Source: an uncultured candidate division Zixibacteria bacterium
GTDB lineage: Bacteria > Zixibacteria > MSB-5A5 > GN15 > FEB-12
Reading direction: 5' to 3'
NCBI GenBank assembly: GCA_963664195.1
Contig: OY760907.1
Location: 1,568,001-1,632,000 of the forward strand
DNA length: 64,000 bases
Below the pieces are notes generated by a model, which saw only the letters and a program-made list of their open reading frames with translations, was not told where the DNA came from and made no database searches. A program made the translations under genes and the position numbers. Each line of letters begins with the position of its first letter. Position 1 is the first letter of the stretch. This document shows positions 60,288 to 64,000 of this stretch, piece after piece.

Positions 60288-60929
60288 ATGAAGGTAACCA
60301 TACTCTACGACAACGAATCCCAATCACCAAACTTGCAGTCCGACTGGGGCTTCTCCTGTCTGGTCAGTCACGGCGGGGTCAACCTCCTGTTCGACACGGG
60401 GGCCGATGGCGCCCTGCTGCTGAGAAATATGCGGACACTCGGAGTCGATCCCGGCTCGATTCAGGAGGTGTTTGTCTCCCACGTACACTTCGACCATTCG
60501 GGCGGGCTGTCGTCGTTCCTCGGAGAGAACCAGGACGTTCGAGTCTGTGCCCCGGACCCGCTGAGAGGGATCAGGTCCGCACGTGAGGTCGTGTATGTCG
60601 ACAACAAGCCCGCGGAACTGCGGAGGGATTTCTTCACCACTGGACTGCTGGAGGGGCTTGAGCAATCGCTGGTTGTGCGAACCGAAAGGGGGCCGGTCGT
60701 GGTTGTCGGATGCGCCCATCCGGGAGTCGAGGCCATCCTGGAGGCTGCCCGGCCGCTGGGAGAACCCTACGCCCTGATCGGCGGCCTGCATGAATTCGCT
60801 GCGCTCGACGCACTGCAGTCGCTGAGTTATATCTGTCCTACTCATTGCACCCAACATATCGCTGAGATTCGGTCTCGATACCCGGACAGGTTCATTCCCG
60901 GAGGGGTTGGGGCGGTCTTTGAGGTATAA
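60288..60929 (+). CDS. MBL-fold metallo-hydrolase (COG1237-like)
   Basis: MKVTILYDN, WGFSCLV, LFDTG, SHVHFDHSGG, GCAHPG, IGGLH, PTHCT. Confidence 0.88.
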   Translation: MKVTILYDNESQSPNLQSDWGFSCLVSHGGVNLLFDTGADGALLLRNMRTLGVDPGSIQEVFVSHVHFDHSGGLSSFLGENQDVRVCAPDPLRGIRSAREVVYVDNKPAELRRDFFTTGLLEGLEQSLVVRTERGPVVVVGCAHPGVEAILEAARPLGEPYALIGGLHEFAALDALQSLSYICPTHCTQHIAEIRSRYPDRFIPGGVGAVFEV

Positions 60930-61389
60930 GCCGCACGGGTAATGCCGGTTCCGGGGGCGGAATATCTACGCAAATCGGTTTCTTCTCTTTAAACCCGGTA
61001 TCGATTTCGTATCATCCCGTAGAAGCAAAGGGGATGAACAGAGAAAGATAGGTGCAATATGTCGTTGAATTTGTGGGCGGCAGACGCCCCCGTCTGCCCC
61101 AGCCTTACCTGTCGATATTGTGCCCCCGTCCGGGGTCCGGACCGAGGACATGGGTAACAGTATATTGACGGTACTGATCGAGGAGGTGGACAGTGCCGCG
61201 GGAAGTGGGGGGAGGCAATCCGGGTGCCCGTTGGGCAATCGAGTCAGTCTGACAAACTCGTTTGTGAGCCTGTCGTCTGGTGGCCCACCCGTGCCCGGGT
61301 TTGTTGAATAACCCCTGTTCTTCAACTGTGATTGCTTGTGTATGATCCGGACATAGGTTACATGGATGGATCCCATTCCCGGGGTGCCG

Positions 61390-63027
61390 CTACTTCGTGT
61401 CCGATTCCATGGGGCTCCACTCGCCGAAATTCTCGACCTCAACCCTGCACTTGCCCCGCGAGGTCCAGCGTTCATTGGCATTGTAACTCCATTCAAGATA
61501 CTCCGAACCACCCCCGCCCACGGTGGTGACAAGGAACCGATTGTCGAGAAAACTGAAGTTGTTGGCCTGGTCTGACGGCCATTTACTGTCGCCGCCGGAC
61601 GGGTCAACCGGCAGCCATCCGTAACCCGGTAGATAGATTTCCACCCAGCGATGATAGACATCATCGTACGACGCATCGTCGTTGCGAACCGTTACCGCAC
61701 CGGCGTATCGTGCAGGGAGACCGGCGGCCCGGCACAAGGCGATATAAACGAAACTATATTCCGAGCAGGAGCCGTTGCCTCTCTCGAGCACTGCCGGCGC
61801 AACGTTCCAACCACCTGCGAGTTCGTAGTCGATATTCTCGATTACGTGACGGAATATCCTGCGTCCGATCCAGTAGGGATTGGTTTCCGTGCTGACAGCC
61901 TGCTTCACGGCCTCCTGAATAATCGGATTCTCCAGCGAGAACTTCGTATCATCGGCGAGGTATCGCTCACGGATGTCCGACGGAATGTCATCCAGTGATC
62001 CCAGTCTGTCGGGGAACACGAAATAGCGGGTCTTATACAACTTCGCCGACGCATTCATGCGCACCGTGATGAATTCGGACGGAGCCACGCTTTCAAATCG
62101 GAAGTGAGCAACTTTCTGTCCCCACTTGTCGGTAAGTATGTCCGTTGGACCGGGGTCGAATTCCACCGGTGCAAGGAGTTCCTGATTGCTCCGAGTTTCT
62201 GGAATCGCAAGGTAGATGTCGAGCGTCAGCAGTGTGTCCGGTCCGAAATTTCTTGTCTGGTGAACAAACTCTATCCGCTGTGCCCTTTCCTCAGTGCGCG
62301 CGTACGGTGTGTCATCGTCAAATGCCAGTTCGTACACACGATCGGTCTGGTAGTCGACATTCCACAGATGGTCGCCGGCCCATGCCAGCCCACAGCTGTG
62401 TGGTCCGGGTGAATCGAAGCAATCAATCACGGTACCGTCATCGGGGCGCACCATGTAGATCATATTCTTGTAGCGGTCGGATACCCACAGGCGGGTACCG
62501 TCGAAGGTCAAACCCCAGGAGCGTGAGGTGGGGGCCGGTATGGTGGTGATCGTGGTCCCGTCCTCGCTGCTGATCTTGTGAAGTTCCTCGCTGCCCTCGG
62601 CGGCAAGCCAGAGGTGTTGACCATCCCAGGCCAGTCCGGTGGGGCGTGAGACCGGACAGAATATGGTGCGCTCGACGACGCGAGTCGCAGGGTCGATGGC
62701 GTAGATCTGCTGTTCTGCAGCGTCGGCACACCACAACCATTTCCCGTCCCAGGCCAACCCGCGTGGTACGTAACCGGGGGCCGAGAGCGAATCGGAGATC
62801 GAGCCGTCGCCGGGATCAACCTGATAAATCAGATCGGTGCTTCGGTCAGAAATCCACAGGTGCGCACCGTCAAATGCGAGTCCCTGCGGGCACCGGAACG
62901 GCGCGGGAATGGAGGTGACCGTGTCACCCGGAACGGCAAGTGCTGCCGGTGTGAGGGAGACAACTGTAAGGGTTGCAATTATCAAGAGGCAGGTGACCGT
63001 GAGGATGCCGGGTTTCCAACGTTCCAT
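61390..63027 (-). CDS. Secreted transglutaminase-like protein with N-terminal beta-propeller repeats
   Basis: Signal peptide; five GLAWDGxxLW-type repeats; triad GSCSEYS / HRWVEIY / WLPVDP. Confidence 0.85.
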   Translation of the reverse strand: MERWKPGILTVTCLLIIATLTVVSLTPAALAVPGDTVTSIPAPFRCPQGLAFDGAHLWISDRSTDLIYQVDPGDGSISDSLSAPGYVPRGLAWDGKWLWCADAAEQQIYAIDPATRVVERTIFCPVSRPTGLAWDGQHLWLAAEGSEELHKISSEDGTTITTIPAPTSRSWGLTFDGTRLWVSDRYKNMIYMVRPDDGTVIDCFDSPGPHSCGLAWAGDHLWNVDYQTDRVYELAFDDDTPYARTEERAQRIEFVHQTRNFGPDTLLTLDIYLAIPETRSNQELLAPVEFDPGPTDILTDKWGQKVAHFRFESVAPSEFITVRMNASAKLYKTRYFVFPDRLGSLDDIPSDIRERYLADDTKFSLENPIIQEAVKQAVSTETNPYWIGRRIFRHVIENIDYELAGGWNVAPAVLERGNGSCSEYSFVYIALCRAAGLPARYAGAVTVRNDDASYDDVYHRWVEIYLPGYGWLPVDPSGGDSKWPSDQANNFSFLDNRFLVTTVGGGGSEYLEWSYNANERWTSRGKCRVEVENFGEWSPMESDTK

Positions 63028-63281
63028 ATAAAACCTCCGTTTGTAGGCGTAAACAGAAACGGACAACGGGTAACCGTTGTGATGTCATTTCCTAAGTTGA
63101 CTCTTCGATACGTGATGTCAACAGAAAAGAGTTGTTCGTCGATTGGGCATCGGACAACCGTCCAAGGCTCCGGCGAGCCTCAGAGTCTCTGGAGCTGATA
63201 CAGGAGCCGACCGGATCGGGAACAGACAATGTGTTCCAGCATGTTGGGAAAGTTCCTGTTGTTATAACACTCACATCCGGT

Positions 63282-64000
63282 TCAGTCGACGACCGTGATG
63301 ATACTCCTGAGTCGAATGTCTTTGGACGATGCGCCGATCATGACGCGGAAATCGCCCGGCTCGATCGTTTTCTGAAGATCCTTGTCCAGCATTGACAACA
63401 GGTCTGGAGTAATGACAAAACTCAGCTCCTGCGTTTCGCCTGGCTCAAGGTGTATCCGTTGGAAGCCTTTCAGTGCTATCAGTGGGAGTGCGACTGTGCT
63501 CAGTTCGTCTCTGATGTACAACTGCACCACCTCGTCTCCCGCACACGCGCCGGTATTGGTAACGGTGAAATGCACGGTGGATGCCTCTCCGGCAGCAATT
63601 GATGGTTGCTCCAGTCGAAGTCGGTCGTATTTGAACGTTGTGTAGCTCAAGCCAAAGCCAAAGGGAAAAAGAGGCTGACCTGTGAAATTGAAGTAGTCAT
63701 CGCCGCGACCGGTCGGTTTGTGATTGTAGACAAGGGGAAGCTGACCTTCGGCAACCGGGAAGGTGATCGGTAAACGCCCGGCCGGATTATAGTCACCAAA
63801 CAGGACATCGGCAATTGCCCGGCCGCCTTCCTCGCCCGGATACCAGGCGTCGACAACGGCAATTACGCTGTCCGGCCAATGGGACATGGTTACGGCGCTG
63901 CCTCCGACCAGGACTACAACGGTTGGTTTACCAAGAGTCGCCAGTCGTCGGATAAGTTCTTCCTGTCGTCCCGGAAGAGCCAGCGAGGCGCGATCACGAA
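63282..64000 (-). CDS. GH3 beta-glucosidase C-terminal and Fn3-like domains, truncated by the right window edge
   Basis: LALPGRQEELI, AWYPGEEGGRAIADVLFGDYNPAGRLP, PFGFGLSYT, GDEVVQLY, LKGFQRI. Confidence 0.92.
   Translation of the reverse strand, partial: RDRASLALPGRQEELIRRLATLGKPTVVVLVGGSAVTMSHWPDSVIAVVDAWYPGEEGGRAIADVLFGDYNPAGRLPITFPVAEGQLPLVYNHKPTGRGDDYFNFTGQPLFPFGFGLSYTTFKYDRLRLEQPSIAAGEASTVHFTVTNTGACAGDEVVQLYIRDELSTVALPLIALKGFQRIHLEPGETQELSFVITPDLLSMLDKDLQKTIEPGDFRVMIGASSKDIRLRSIITVVD

Noticed and set aside
60145..60291. 48-aa ORF overlapping the MBL gene start (ATGA)
   Set aside because: Weak RBS and no recognisable motif; may be a remnant and cannot be supported

Overview
GC-rich (roughly 55-60% by eye) chromosomal window from a diderm bacterium. 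A Zixibacteria/FCB-like lineage is a guess from gene content only. Core content, left to right: cinA-pgpA-pgsA; a class II B12-dependent ribonucleotide reductase (nrdJ) with tandem NrdR boxes; a six-gene alternative complex III operon (actABCDEF) with no adjacent oxidase; outer-membrane and lipoprotein genes; a Phe/Tyr catabolic cluster (phhA, hppD, hmgA, FAH-family hydrolase, flavin reductase-like, acetoacetyl-CoA ligase); a nearby folE/PTPS/SDR operon that looks like a full tetrahydrobiopterin pathway, with an unusual three-domain PTPS; an RRM protein, a ceo-like synthase, an SPFH/zinc-ribbon pair, PilZ, EamA, HI0933, radical SAM, DUF192, three GNATs plus rsgA under a leader-peptide attenuator, MBL hydrolase, a transglutaminase-like protein and a partial GH3. 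Three accessory, defence-like inserts are present: a NACHT-pentapeptide gene; a DNA methyltransferase + N-terminally extended ABC ATPase + HNH operon; and an AT-rich PRTase-CE-STAND-TPR gene next to a decayed integron integrase. Intergenic DNA carries several REP-like hairpin families and at least one promoter-to-terminator sRNA candidate. No rRNA, tRNA or CRISPR array was seen. All calls come from motif recognition; no database searches were run.
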